Sequence record: LR756511.1
DNA: 64,000 bases
Reading direction: 5' to 3' (one strand)
Shown here: one piece after another, positions 56,000 to 64,000 of the stretch
How the letters are laid out: each line of letters starts with the position of its first letter
Position numbering within the stretch: the stretch's first letter is position 1
Position numbers and translations under genes: made by a program
The notes under the pieces: generated by a model
Database searches by the model: none
What the model was told of the DNA's origin: nothing
The model's input: only the letters and a program-made list of their open reading frames with translations

Positions 56000-56218
56000 T
56001 TACTTTAGGCGGTGAACAATCCGCCCCTTTGTTAAGTCATAAGGTGAAATTTCAACTTCAACCTTATCACCAGGAATCACCCGAATAAAATTCTGACGCA
56101 TCTTACCGCAAATGTGCGCCAGAACAGTATGTCCGTTGTCCAATTTTACTCGAAAACTTGTATTCGGCAAGGATTCCAATACTTGCCCTTGAACCGAAAT
56201 TCCATCCGTCTTAGCCAT
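56000..56218 (-). CDS. infA: Translation initiation factor IF-1
   Basis: [46 protein letters not shown]. Confidence 0.95.
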   Translation of the reverse strand: MAKTDGISVQGQVLESLPNTSFRVKLDNGHTVLAHICGKMRQNFIRVIPGDKVEVEISPYDLTKGRIVHRLK

Positions 56219-56511
56219 TAGTCCTCTACCTTAGTTACTTTCCCAAAGATACCATTCTTGCCAACCCAGCCATTTATATGACCGTGATTATTAGAAATTT
56301 GGTATCTCTCGCCTTGGATCGCCGTCAATAAATGAACGTAATAGCGACCCTTAACCTTACAAAAAACCACATCGCCCTTATTCAATTCCGAAACATCTGG
56401 ACTAATGGTTATCAATTGTCCAGAATTAATCCGTGGCTTCATGGACGATCCGCGTGGACGGCACTGAACCGTCTCACCTTTAATCAATTTATCCGCAAAA
56501 TGCCTATTCAC
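56218..56511 (-). CDS. S24/S26-like peptidase domain protein
   Basis: GSSMKP, GDVVF, YYVHL, G.I.GKV. Confidence 0.65.
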   Translation of the reverse strand: MNRHFADKLIKGETVQCRPRGSSMKPRINSGQLITISPDVSELNKGDVVFCKVKGRYYVHLLTAIQGERYQISNNHGHINGWVGKNGIFGKVTKVED

Positions 56512-56737
56512 TCACTGGCTCTAAAATATAAGTATGAAACCCTTGCTCCGCTAACTGTCTAAGCAAAACATCGGCAAAGGTCACGTCTTCGAAGGTTCCG
56601 TCATCATTCTGCACCGTCACCTTGTACTCTTTCGAGAAGCGACAGGCGATACAATCACATAGCCACGGCTCTTGTCTTTTCGCGTGGCTCATGGCATGAT
56701 TCGTGGCGACAAGATGCAGGAATGTCGCATTTTCCAT
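56504..56737 (-). CDS. Hypothetical protein
   Basis: Packed ORF. Confidence 0.5.
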   Translation of the reverse strand: MENATFLHLVATNHAMSHAKRQEPWLCDCIACRFSKEYKVTVQNDDGTFEDVTFADVLLRQLAEQGFHTYILEPVSE

Positions 56738-57189
56738 TAAGATACCCTTTTTTGATACTTGGGACGATTTAGGAAGTCTGCAATCACATAAGACCCGTTG
56801 AACTTCTCACGGGCATCAACGCAAGTTACAACAACCTTTTCGCCATCTCTTTCAATAACCACAAAGAGCGCGTCTTCGTAAACAAGGAAAGAATAGCGAT
56901 GATATCCATACCGTTCATACATATAGGTCATGAATCGGTCATTGTTCTGGAAGATACGAATATCATCGGCCTTTTCCAATTTTGCACAAATGATGTCGTT
57001 CCATTTGCGACGATCACTTAGCATGTTCCGCATCTTATACATCAGGCTGGTGCAATTATTGCAACCCTTGCAATTGCCTAGATGCTGGAATTCGTTAGCA
57101 CACTCTGAAAATCGTTCCACATACCGTTGACGAGCATGGTAAGTTATCGCGTATTTACCTCGCAGCGTTGCGACGGGTTCCATGTGCAA
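56737..57189 (-). CDS. Hypothetical protein (RelE/DUF4258-like ITYHA..RY..R start)
   Basis: ITYHARQRYVER, VVVTCV. Confidence 0.5.
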   Translation of the reverse strand: MHMEPVATLRGKYAITYHARQRYVERFSECANEFQHLGNCKGCNNCTSLMYKMRNMLSDRRKWNDIICAKLEKADDIRIFQNNDRFMTYMYERYGYHRYSFLVYEDALFVVIERDGEKVVVTCVDAREKFNGSYVIADFLNRPKYQKRVS

Positions 57190-57221
57190 CTCCTATAACT
57201 GTGCCCATGTGATACTTTCAT

Positions 57222-57249
57222 ATCTTACTACGAATTCTCACTTTGTAAA
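57222..57249 (-). promoter_or_regulatory. Sigma70-like promoter
   Basis: TTTACA-N16-TAAGAT. Confidence 0.4.
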
Positions 57250-58220
57250 AACTTGTCACAGAAATTGTCAGCCAAGGCAAGAATCTCGTCGCCCTGATCC
57301 AACTTTTCTCTAAGGTAAGAAGGAAACACTTCTTCGCCACGGAGAGCGCCCAAGAGAGCGCCTACCATAGAACCGTTCGTGTCAGTATCACCGCCAGAGT
57401 AGATAACGTCAATCAGCGAATGATACTGGAATGGACTTCGCATAAAGAACGCATACGTGAATGGCAACGAATTATAGACATAACAAGTGCCACGCCCGTA
57501 TTCATTAATTATGTGTTTGTCGTCGTACAGTAGCTTCGGATTTTCGTAAAGAGGAATCAGCGTCTTAAGACGCTCCGTTAAATCGTCCCCAAGAGTATTG
57601 GAATAGTAAGACCGCCCAATCTCGCTAGCACGGACAATCTTTTTGACGAATGCCTTGGTATCGAATTTATGATATTCGTTTTCCAGGCATTCCGAGAGGG
57701 CCATCACATGAGCGAGACAGGAAGAAACGGCAACGCTAGTCTGATGAGTCATTGCCGTAAAATCAACACAAATCTTCACGAAATCATCGAATTTCTTCGT
57801 TAAAGCAAAATAAGCAGCGAGCGGCGCCGCCTTCATTACAGGGCCATTTCCAAGACCACGATTAATTGCCCCGTCAAAATCGCCAGCCTTAGACCAATGC
57901 GTTCCATCTTTAATCTTTTTGACAGCTTCCCTCGTTGTCGATCCCCACCCAGCAGTCGTATCATCATAAGCTTCGACGTGGTACTTGCCCACCTTTTCCA
58001 TATCAACGGCGCCAGCTTCTAAAATCGCTTTTGCAACCGCAATGGATAATTGGGTATCGTCCGTCCATGTGCCTAGCTTTTGGCGTCGTCCTCTTGTAAA
58101 ACTGCTTTTTCGTTTTAGCTTTTCTAATGATTCATAAGGCTTGGATTCAAAGGGCATACCGAGGGCATCCCCGATAGCCAATCCAAGGAACATGCCTCTA
58201 ATTTTCTCTTTGAGGTTCAT
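57228..58220 (-). CDS. ADP-ribosylglycohydrolase (ARH/DraG family)
   Basis: G.AIGDALG, WTDDTQL, GNGPVM..AP, GGDTDT..SM.GALLGA. Confidence 0.92.
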   Translation of the reverse strand: MNLKEKIRGMFLGLAIGDALGMPFESKPYESLEKLKRKSSFTRGRRQKLGTWTDDTQLSIAVAKAILEAGAVDMEKVGKYHVEAYDDTTAGWGSTTREAVKKIKDGTHWSKAGDFDGAINRGLGNGPVMKAAPLAAYFALTKKFDDFVKICVDFTAMTHQTSVAVSSCLAHVMALSECLENEYHKFDTKAFVKKIVRASEIGRSYYSNTLGDDLTERLKTLIPLYENPKLLYDDKHIINEYGRGTCYVYNSLPFTYAFFMRSPFQYHSLIDVIYSGGDTDTNGSMVGALLGALRGEEVFPSYLREKLDQGDEILALADNFCDKFLQSENS

Positions 58221-58411
58221 ATAGCTTCTAGAAGGGCGGTTGTTGAAAGGTAAATTTCCTTGTTATCTGGCTTGACAACCATCAATATCTTAGCTAAATT
58301 TGGCTTTTTCGTCTTGAGTTGCCATAGGTTTAAAGCCTCCTCTGCTGCTTGTCTAGGGGTCGCGGTTTCTACTGTTGCTCTAAAGTCTCCCGAAATAACC
58401 ACATACTTCAT
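58217..58411 (-). CDS. Hypothetical protein
   Basis: ATGA overlap with the ARH gene. Confidence 0.55.
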   Translation of the reverse strand: MKYVVISGDFRATVETATPRQAAEEALNLWQLKTKKPNLAKILMVVKPDNKEIYLSTTALLEAI

Positions 58412-58421
58412 GCAAAACTCC

Positions 58422-58464
58422 TGAAAAAGTCAGATTATTCTATCACAATAATCTGATCTTTTCA
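58422..58464 (-). terminator. Long imperfect hairpin
   Basis: TGAAAA..TCAGATTATT / AATAATCTGA..TTTTCA. Confidence 0.5.
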
Positions 58465-58492
58465 AGATAATTATGCTTAAACTCCTTCCAAT

Positions 58493-59005
58493 TTAGGAGA
58501 TAAGTATGTCCGCGTCTTTGAGTGCCTGTGTCAGTTTTATCAAGTGCTTACACATTCCAGGGAGTTCTTTTGGGTTTATTCGGTAAGCACCCTCGTATTT
58601 TGTGCGTTTCTTCCCTTGTAAAGAATGATCCAAGTGATCGTAATAATTAAACCGCCAGTAGAAATCGCCACACTCACAGCGAACCAACACATCATTCTTT
58701 GGCGATAACCGCTCCACGTAGAATGGAATGCCATCATCCGCCATCACTTCGACGGCATTTGCGGCTGGGCCATTGTGGTAGCGTACAGCTTTGAAAACGA
58801 TGATTGGGTTATATTCCCTATCTTCGTTCTGAGCTAAGCCTTTAAAGAACAGCGTCTTTACACCCTTAAAGGGGATTATAGACAACTGTGTTATACGTAT
58901 AGGATCAACCGCGTGCTGTCTCTTTGCAGTATTAGGAAATGCATCTACGGCTGAGTCATAAAGATCATTTAATGAAGATTCATTAAGCCATCCGCTAAAG
59001 TTCAT
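58493..59005 (-). CDS. SWIM-type Zn-finger-like phage protein
   Basis: V.CECGDF.....P....GMCKHL. Confidence 0.65.
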   Translation of the reverse strand: MNFSGWLNESSLNDLYDSAVDAFPNTAKRQHAVDPIRITQLSIIPFKGVKTLFFKGLAQNEDREYNPIIVFKAVRYHNGPAANAVEVMADDGIPFYVERLSPKNDVLVRCECGDFYWRFNYYDHLDHSLQGKKRTKYEGAYRINPKELPGMCKHLIKLTQALKDADILIS

Positions 59006-59012
59006 GCATTAT

Positions 59013-59297
59013 TTAATCTGCTGGTGTGTAATAATACAAATTCATTTCTTGCAATATGCCGAAAATATCCCCTCTATTAATTTTAGTCCTGTTGGCTTTA
59101 TAGCACTTCTCTTTAGCCTTTTCCCTTACCTCATCACGTATTCTATTGAGAACAATAGTGAGCAATTGATCTGCGTCTTGTTCCCACTTCACACAATCAG
59201 ACAGTTTTTCAGGCGTAGTCTCTTGTTTAGTCTCTTGCCCTAGCAAGTAATCCAGGCCAAATAGTTCTCTTATAGGTTTCATATAAGTTAGCTCCAA
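59013..59297 (-). CDS. Hypothetical protein, paralog of 59426-59650
   Basis: Shared LL.I.L.R.RD.V.E..K..CY. Confidence 0.55.
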   Translation of the reverse strand: MELTYMKPIRELFGLDYLLGQETKQETTPEKLSDCVKWEQDADQLLTIVLNRIRDEVREKAKEKCYKANRTKINRGDIFGILQEMNLYYYTPAD

Positions 59298-59425
59298 AGC
59301 CAGCTACAGCCCAATCCATGCCAGCGGGACAATTAACACCCAAATTAACCCAAGTGGGTCTATTACATTTTGGGCAATGAATAATAAGACCTTCAAGGAC
59401 GGTTTCGCCCCAATCCTTGCAATGC

Positions 59426-59650
59426 TCACACTTCGGCATATTTGTAGTCATCTGGCTCTATGTAGGATGATACTGGCTTCATCATACCATTTAAAACGTT
59501 GAGAACATCAGTTGTAGAAACTTCTGATTGGTTGCTGCGGTAGCAAGTCATTTTCACTTCTTCTGCAACTTGATCCCGCACACGCTTCAAAATAATGTCT
59601 AATAAATCGGAAGCTTCTGGTTGCCAAGTTATTTTATCGGTTAGCTTCAT
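59426..59650 (-). CDS. Hypothetical protein, paralog of 59013-59297
   Basis: Shared motif as above. Confidence 0.55.
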   Translation of the reverse strand: MKLTDKITWQPEASDLLDIILKRVRDQVAEEVKMTCYRSNQSEVSTTDVLNVLNGMMKPVSSYIEPDDYKYAEV

Positions 59651-60224
59651 TGGCTATTTCCGCCTTAACTCTCTTGAGCCATTTGATCCCAAATTCCTTC
59701 TTTGTCACTCCCTCAATCGAATACCCGTCACGGTCTAACTTGCCTAGAGGGAAATAACGAACGAACATCTTACCCCAATGCACAGCCTTCTGCAACTGAT
59801 CTAGACGATAATAATTAATTGCAAGACGGATTCGACAATCACTCCGTAAAGCCGTCATTTGGGGACGACTCTCATTGCAAACGATAAACCTCTTCATTTC
59901 TAGAATGTCATGATAAAGCTTAATAGCTTTCTTTACGTCTTTCCTTGTGCCATAACAAAGGGCACCAGCTAAATGCCACAGCACCAAAGGACACAAAGAT
60001 TTAGTAATGGCGTGAGCTTTACGAGCGTAGCGTAAAGCAATTTTGTATTTTTTTTGTTCGTAATAAGCGGAAGACAATTGAGCGTAAAGCCAATGTGCAT
60101 CCCAATCGCCAGGAGGCAATAGCTTTAGTTCTTTTTTTGCTAAAGCTATTGCCTCCTTGAAGCGATTACGGAGAATTAGGCTGTTGATTCGTTTGCCAGC
60201 AGCCTTTTGTTCTTTGCTAAGCAT
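59634..60224 (-). CDS. TPR-repeat protein
   Basis: LSSAYYEQKKYKIALRYARKA repeats; start reassigned to ATG 60224. Confidence 0.65.
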   Translation of the reverse strand: MLSKEQKAAGKRINSLILRNRFKEAIALAKKELKLLPPGDWDAHWLYAQLSSAYYEQKKYKIALRYARKAHAITKSLCPLVLWHLAGALCYGTRKDVKKAIKLYHDILEMKRFIVCNESRPQMTALRSDCRIRLAINYYRLDQLQKAVHWGKMFVRYFPLGKLDRDGYSIEGVTKKEFGIKWLKRVKAEIANEANR

Positions 60225-60885
60225 ACTTCTTAACTTTAATTTGATTGCTGTCGCCTTCGATTTCGAAAGCAACTCCCTGAATACCAACCTTCGTAAAGGT
60301 CGCACGACCAATGCGGACGTTATCATAACGATCCACATGATAATCTGCAACAGGAGTTGCCCCAGCAGGCAACGACGGAGCAAGAACCAATTCCGAAGGA
60401 TCGCTTTGGAAAACGACAACTGGATCGCTGTCCTTCAAGCCAAGCTGACGAACCAGCTTATTCGGAATGCAAAGACGGTCGGTAGTATCGAACTTATAAA
60501 TTACCGAACCGTCTGCGGCAACGTCCACACCATCATCAATGGTTGAGATGGATGCGGCGGGAAGTGCCGCAACAGGCGGAACGGTAGCAATCGCCGCCAC
60601 GGGCGCACTGACAGGCTGACCACTATATGTGGACGGGTCCGCAGAAAGAGGATGATAAATCCACGGTTGAGGATTCACATTTGGCAAATTGGCAAGCGTT
60701 CGGTTATAGCTGAACATATTGCCGTTATCGAACATTCGGTGAACTTCCTTCTTCACTTCGAAATGCTGAACTCGCTGCTTGGATCGCTTACGCACAGCCA
60801 TCGTCACATCCCAAGCGGTAAACATGGTGTCAGCGTTGACAAATTCATTCACCGCGTCTTCAATCTCGTTCAGATACATGCACAT
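60217..60885 (-). CDS. Hypothetical protein with C-terminal AbrB-like domain
   Basis: D...RLCIPNKLVRQLGLK..D.V; start reassigned to ATG 60885 behind GGGAG. Confidence 0.6.
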   Translation of the reverse strand: MCMYLNEIEDAVNEFVNADTMFTAWDVTMAVRKRSKQRVQHFEVKKEVHRMFDNGNMFSYNRTLANLPNVNPQPWIYHPLSADPSTYSGQPVSAPVAAIATVPPVAALPAASISTIDDGVDVAADGSVIYKFDTTDRLCIPNKLVRQLGLKDSDPVVVFQSDPSELVLAPSLPAGATPVADYHVDRYDNVRIGRATFTKVGIQGVAFEIEGDSNQIKVKKYA

Positions 60886-60910
60886 AGTTTTCTCCCTTGT
60901 TAAAAAGTTG

Positions 60911-62059
60911 TTACTCGTCTCGTAAGCCCATAAAGTACGGGAATCGTGGCTTGCCATCAGGCGTCAAATTGAAATATTTGACCGTGCCAGTCTTCCCGAT
61001 ATAGTCATCTTTTTTCTGTAGCATTTGCTTGCAGAAGTCACGGGTGCCCTTAATATTACAATCGAAGCTAGTGGAACCATCTGCAAATGCACTACCATCA
61101 AGTTTCTTGCATGTAATATTGCCAGCACCACCACTACGATTACCAACACCTTCTGTAACTCCTACGATCAAATACTCGCCATCCTTGAATTCTTTGTATT
61201 TCAGAAGGCTTTTCGTTCGTTTCTGCTCATACTTGGCGTCGAAACGAACCATTGCCCCCTCGTAGCCTTCTTCAACAAATTGCTCATAAGCTCCAACGAT
61301 ATCGTTTTCACACATTGCTTCGTGTGTTTCAACCAGTTGGAGACAGCCACGCTTTTTAGCAAAACCAAGAACCTTCTTTAGTTCTGCATGGCGGGCGCTA
61401 AACACATCCTCCCAAAACGGGAAGTCATAAATGTGATATTCAATATGCGCAGCCGCTTCCTGTAGGTCTTCCTTCGTCGGCTTTGTCTTCTTTGCTAACG
61501 AGCAAATTTTATTGAAATCGTTAGCAAACTTGTCTGCATACACTTCGCCGTCGAAGATATACTTTGGGTTATACCTAAAGAGCGGTTTTAGAGCTTCGTA
61601 AATGTGAGGAATAGATTTATATTCCTTGCCGTTACGAGTCCACAAACCATCTTTATTGGCAATAAGCCGCAAGCCATCAAGCTTCGGTTGCACCCAAAGA
61701 GAACCATCGCCCAAAGCTTTTAATGCTTCATCCTTGTAATCTTGCCATGATTTCGCAAGCATTGGCTCAAAGAAAGAAGCATTATCAATATCATTAATAT
61801 CGGCCTTATAGCCTTTGTCGAGCTTCTTTTGATACTCGGATTTCGCTTCAGACATAGCTTGTTGTTCGGCAGTCGTTGCATTTGCACGACCAATATTCTT
61901 ACTGCCGCAGACTGTCCATTCGGATGTTACGATTTCACCATCCATAATTCCTGAATGGGAGCGATGCTTGCCGCCATCGACTTCCTTTTCCCAAATCTGA
62001 ATTTTGCCATCAGAGCGGCGGCTATAAAGCGGTGGTAATTTCATATCTGATAACTCCAT
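60911..62059 (-). CDS. ATP-dependent DNA ligase with WGR-like N-terminal domain
   Basis: PMLAK, QPKLDG, FDGEVY, YHIYD, EGAMVR, LLKYKEF. Confidence 0.92.
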   Translation of the reverse strand: MELSDMKLPPLYSRRSDGKIQIWEKEVDGGKHRSHSGIMDGEIVTSEWTVCGSKNIGRANATTAEQQAMSEAKSEYQKKLDKGYKADINDIDNASFFEPMLAKSWQDYKDEALKALGDGSLWVQPKLDGLRLIANKDGLWTRNGKEYKSIPHIYEALKPLFRYNPKYIFDGEVYADKFANDFNKICSLAKKTKPTKEDLQEAAAHIEYHIYDFPFWEDVFSARHAELKKVLGFAKKRGCLQLVETHEAMCENDIVGAYEQFVEEGYEGAMVRFDAKYEQKRTKSLLKYKEFKDGEYLIVGVTEGVGNRSGGAGNITCKKLDGSAFADGSTSFDCNIKGTRDFCKQMLQKKDDYIGKTGTVKYFNLTPDGKPRFPYFMGLRDE

Positions 62060-62247
62060 TCTTGTTCAGCGGCCATTTCGAACACCTTTTCTCCATATTT
62101 CTCGTAAGCTATGGAGTGCTTTGCGCAAAATCGACAAGCGTTATAACGCTGGATAACTCCCGTAGGCTTTCCTAAGAAATTGTCACGCACGCGAAACCAG
62201 CAGTCATATAACTCGTCAAAGTCCAAAAAGCATATCTCACACTTCAT
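62041..62247 (-). CDS. Small Cys-containing protein
   Basis: CEIC...CRFC. Confidence 0.45.
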   Translation of the reverse strand: MKCEICFLDFDELYDCWFRVRDNFLGKPTGVIQRYNACRFCAKHSIAYEKYGEKVFEMAAEQEWSYQI

Positions 62248-62446
62248 TTAGGACTTCCTCTCGCATTTCGTACAGCTCATCCTCACAGCGGATTCTGTTT
62301 AGCCTATTACAGACCCTTTGAACCTTGGCCGAATCTCTAGAGATTACATTATCTCGATAGAGATTCGGCCAAGACTCTATGTAATCCACCAACGGATACC
62401 ATTGTCCGCGAGCGGATCGCCACCATAGCTTATACAACTTTATCAT
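62237..62446 (-). CDS. Hypothetical protein
   Basis: ATGA overlap with the PARP stop. Confidence 0.5.
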   Translation of the reverse strand: MIKLYKLWWRSARGQWYPLVDYIESWPNLYRDNVISRDSAKVQRVCNRLNRIRCEDELYEMREEVLNEV

Positions 62447-64000
62447 GTGTCAAATTCGCAAAGGTAGCGAAGCTGATTTTGCCTACCATCGTAAATAATC
62501 CATTCATTATTCACGACGCCAGATCGTCCAGCCTTACCGAACACGCAATGGTGTCCCTTTGGAGGCGAAGCATAACCGCCAGAAGAAGGAGCTACATAAG
62601 GGCTTCCAAGGACCACATCGCAAGCAAACATGAAGGCGGCACGACCACGCACGTTGCCATCACCAGACGACCAATAAGAGCCGCGAAGTGACGTATAACC
62701 AGCAGATTTCCGCCAATCGTCAGCGAAGTAGCAGCCTGGACCGAACATCGCACCAGTAATTACAACGCCGACTAGTTGCTTGGGTAGTCGCAAACCTTCT
62801 CTTAAAATACCACGGACATTAACAGAACGGGTGCCGTGGAATAGGAGAGCGGTATTTGTGCTGTGATAACGCTTTAAGAGAGTGTTGTCATCCAAGTCAT
62901 TTCTTTCTGTCGGCTGGTAGGGCGGTCGTTCCGTAATGCGGGGCTTCTCATCAATAATACCGCCCTGAGTCTTTTCAACCTTTTCCTGATCGCCGTTACG
63001 GGCAACCTTCCACATATTCTTGATCTTCATGTTGCCAACGCCCGCATGACGATTGGCACTGGCCTTCGGCCACCAATTATAGAGGAATTTTCCAAGAGCC
63101 GTGCTAGGATCAATCCATTCCATCTTAAGTGGCATTCCATCAAACGGATCGCTTGCATCTGTATCCGAATCCGTCGTAACATATAGAGCAGATTCGAATG
63201 CGTCAAGGTCCGCAAGCCAAGCGAGAATGTTATCCTTATTTAAAAGCCAATCCTTCGGCGGGCAATGTAGAGCCTTCTTTTTGGGAATGCGGCTATACAT
63301 GACGCGAGTAAGCTGATTAAGCTCATTGTCAGCAACTTGATCGTCAACATTATCGCCAACCTTAATGAGCCGCTTCTGCGCTTCCACAAGAATATCGCGG
63401 GCTTCATTAATTGACTTTTGAGTTGGAAGGCAAGCGTCGGCCATTGACCCGCGAGTATAAGAAACCGTAGCCACGTTTAAATCTTTCATTAAACGCAGCG
63501 TATTGGTGTCAATGGTAATGGAAGGCTTTTTAGCGCCATTGCCATTCATGACTGCTGGCTTTGCCGTAGTCTTTGCGCCTTCGTTAAGCTTAATCGTCTT
63601 CGCGTCAGGAAGACCCGTTGAGCGAGTTGCCATAGGACGCACTAAATAGCAGTCCTTATTTGGCTTGGCTTGAAGCGTGCGAATGCCCGCTACAGTCGTC
63701 CATTGCCCACGCTTATCATTCTTTTCGTGAAGTTGCTTGGCGAATTCATACTGAGCATCGGATTCGCTGCTGCATTCAACAAATTGGAATTGAGGTGAAG
63801 AGGCACCTGTGCGACCCCACTCAAAATAAGCATACCACTTCTTAGTCTTGCGGTTTTGGACTACCGCACCGTGATAATACTTGTTACTATCCTTGCCTGA
63901 CTGATCGAAGCAGCCAAGGTCGGCAATCTTACAGTTTTCGAATTGACCATCTTCTGTTGCTGGCGGTCCAAAACACTGAAAATCTTCGGGAGTAGAACTG
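62443..64000 (-). CDS. Poly(ADP-ribose) polymerase (WGR - helical - catalytic), 5' truncated by window end
   Basis: Frame open to base 63999; WGR motif SNKYY...EWGRTG; catalytic LFHGT (H), FGPGCYFAD (Y), NNEWIIYD (E). Confidence 0.9.
   Translation of the reverse strand, partial: SSTPEDFQCFGPPATEDGQFENCKIADLGCFDQSGKDSNKYYHGAVVQNRKTKKWYAYFEWGRTGASSPQFQFVECSSESDAQYEFAKQLHEKNDKRGQWTTVAGIRTLQAKPNKDCYLVRPMATRSTGLPDAKTIKLNEGAKTTAKPAVMNGNGAKKPSITIDTNTLRLMKDLNVATVSYTRGSMADACLPTQKSINEARDILVEAQKRLIKVGDNVDDQVADNELNQLTRVMYSRIPKKKALHCPPKDWLLNKDNILAWLADLDAFESALYVTTDSDTDASDPFDGMPLKMEWIDPSTALGKFLYNWWPKASANRHAGVGNMKIKNMWKVARNGDQEKVEKTQGGIIDEKPRITERPPYQPTERNDLDDNTLLKRYHSTNTALLFHGTRSVNVRGILREGLRLPKQLVGVVITGAMFGPGCYFADDWRKSAGYTSLRGSYWSSGDGNVRGRAAFMFACDVVLGSPYVAPSSGGYASPPKGHHCVFGKAGRSGVVNNEWIIYDGRQNQLRYLCEFDT

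Noticed and set aside
1-64000. Genome-wide TAG reassignment (alternative genetic code)
   Set aside because: TAG ends genes exactly at boundaries (33181, 44515, 52691, 56504, 29649) and long genes are uninterrupted in the standard code; only the Pth gene has an internal amber.
1-64000. CRISPR array, integrase, transposase or prophage boundary
   Set aside because: No repeat-spacer series or recombinase motifs were seen; the repeats at 55480-55564 have only two units each and no unique spacers.

Overview
The window is a gene-dense, almost entirely minus-strand segment of a large, jumbo-like dsDNA bacteriophage genome in the standard genetic code. It looks like an early/accessory region, with no capsid, terminase, polymerase or integrase recognised. 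Recognisable genes are rIIB and rIIA, an ATP-dependent DNA ligase, two Rnl2-type RNA ligases, a RuvB-like ATPase, a sigma70-type factor, ArdC, two HNH nucleases, IF-1, a J-domain protein, a stand-alone ClpC N-domain, a vWA and PP2C pair, and a scattered glycan-modification set. Two systems stand out. (1) A translation circuit: a Pth2-type peptidyl-tRNA hydrolase whose ribosome-binding-site-supported start (47450) is followed by an in-frame amber at codon 4 (ATG ACT CAC TAG), together with a tRNA-Trp-like amber-suppressor tRNA (anticodon CUA, 55589-55661), although TAG is a normal stop elsewhere in the window. (2) An NAD+/ADP-ribose toolkit: a WGR-domain PARP with the H-Y-E triad, an ADP-ribosylglycohydrolase, a DarG-like macrodomain, nicotinamidase, and an NAPRTase fused in frame to an HNH nuclease. 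A near-palindromic motif (TTGCAGCTGTAC on the coding strand) recurs upstream of rIIA, rIIB, ruvB, the sigma gene and others. The ClpC N-domain, MBOAT pair and Ig-like domain weakly suggest a Planctomycetota-like host (inference). All family calls come from motif recognition by eye; no searches were run.
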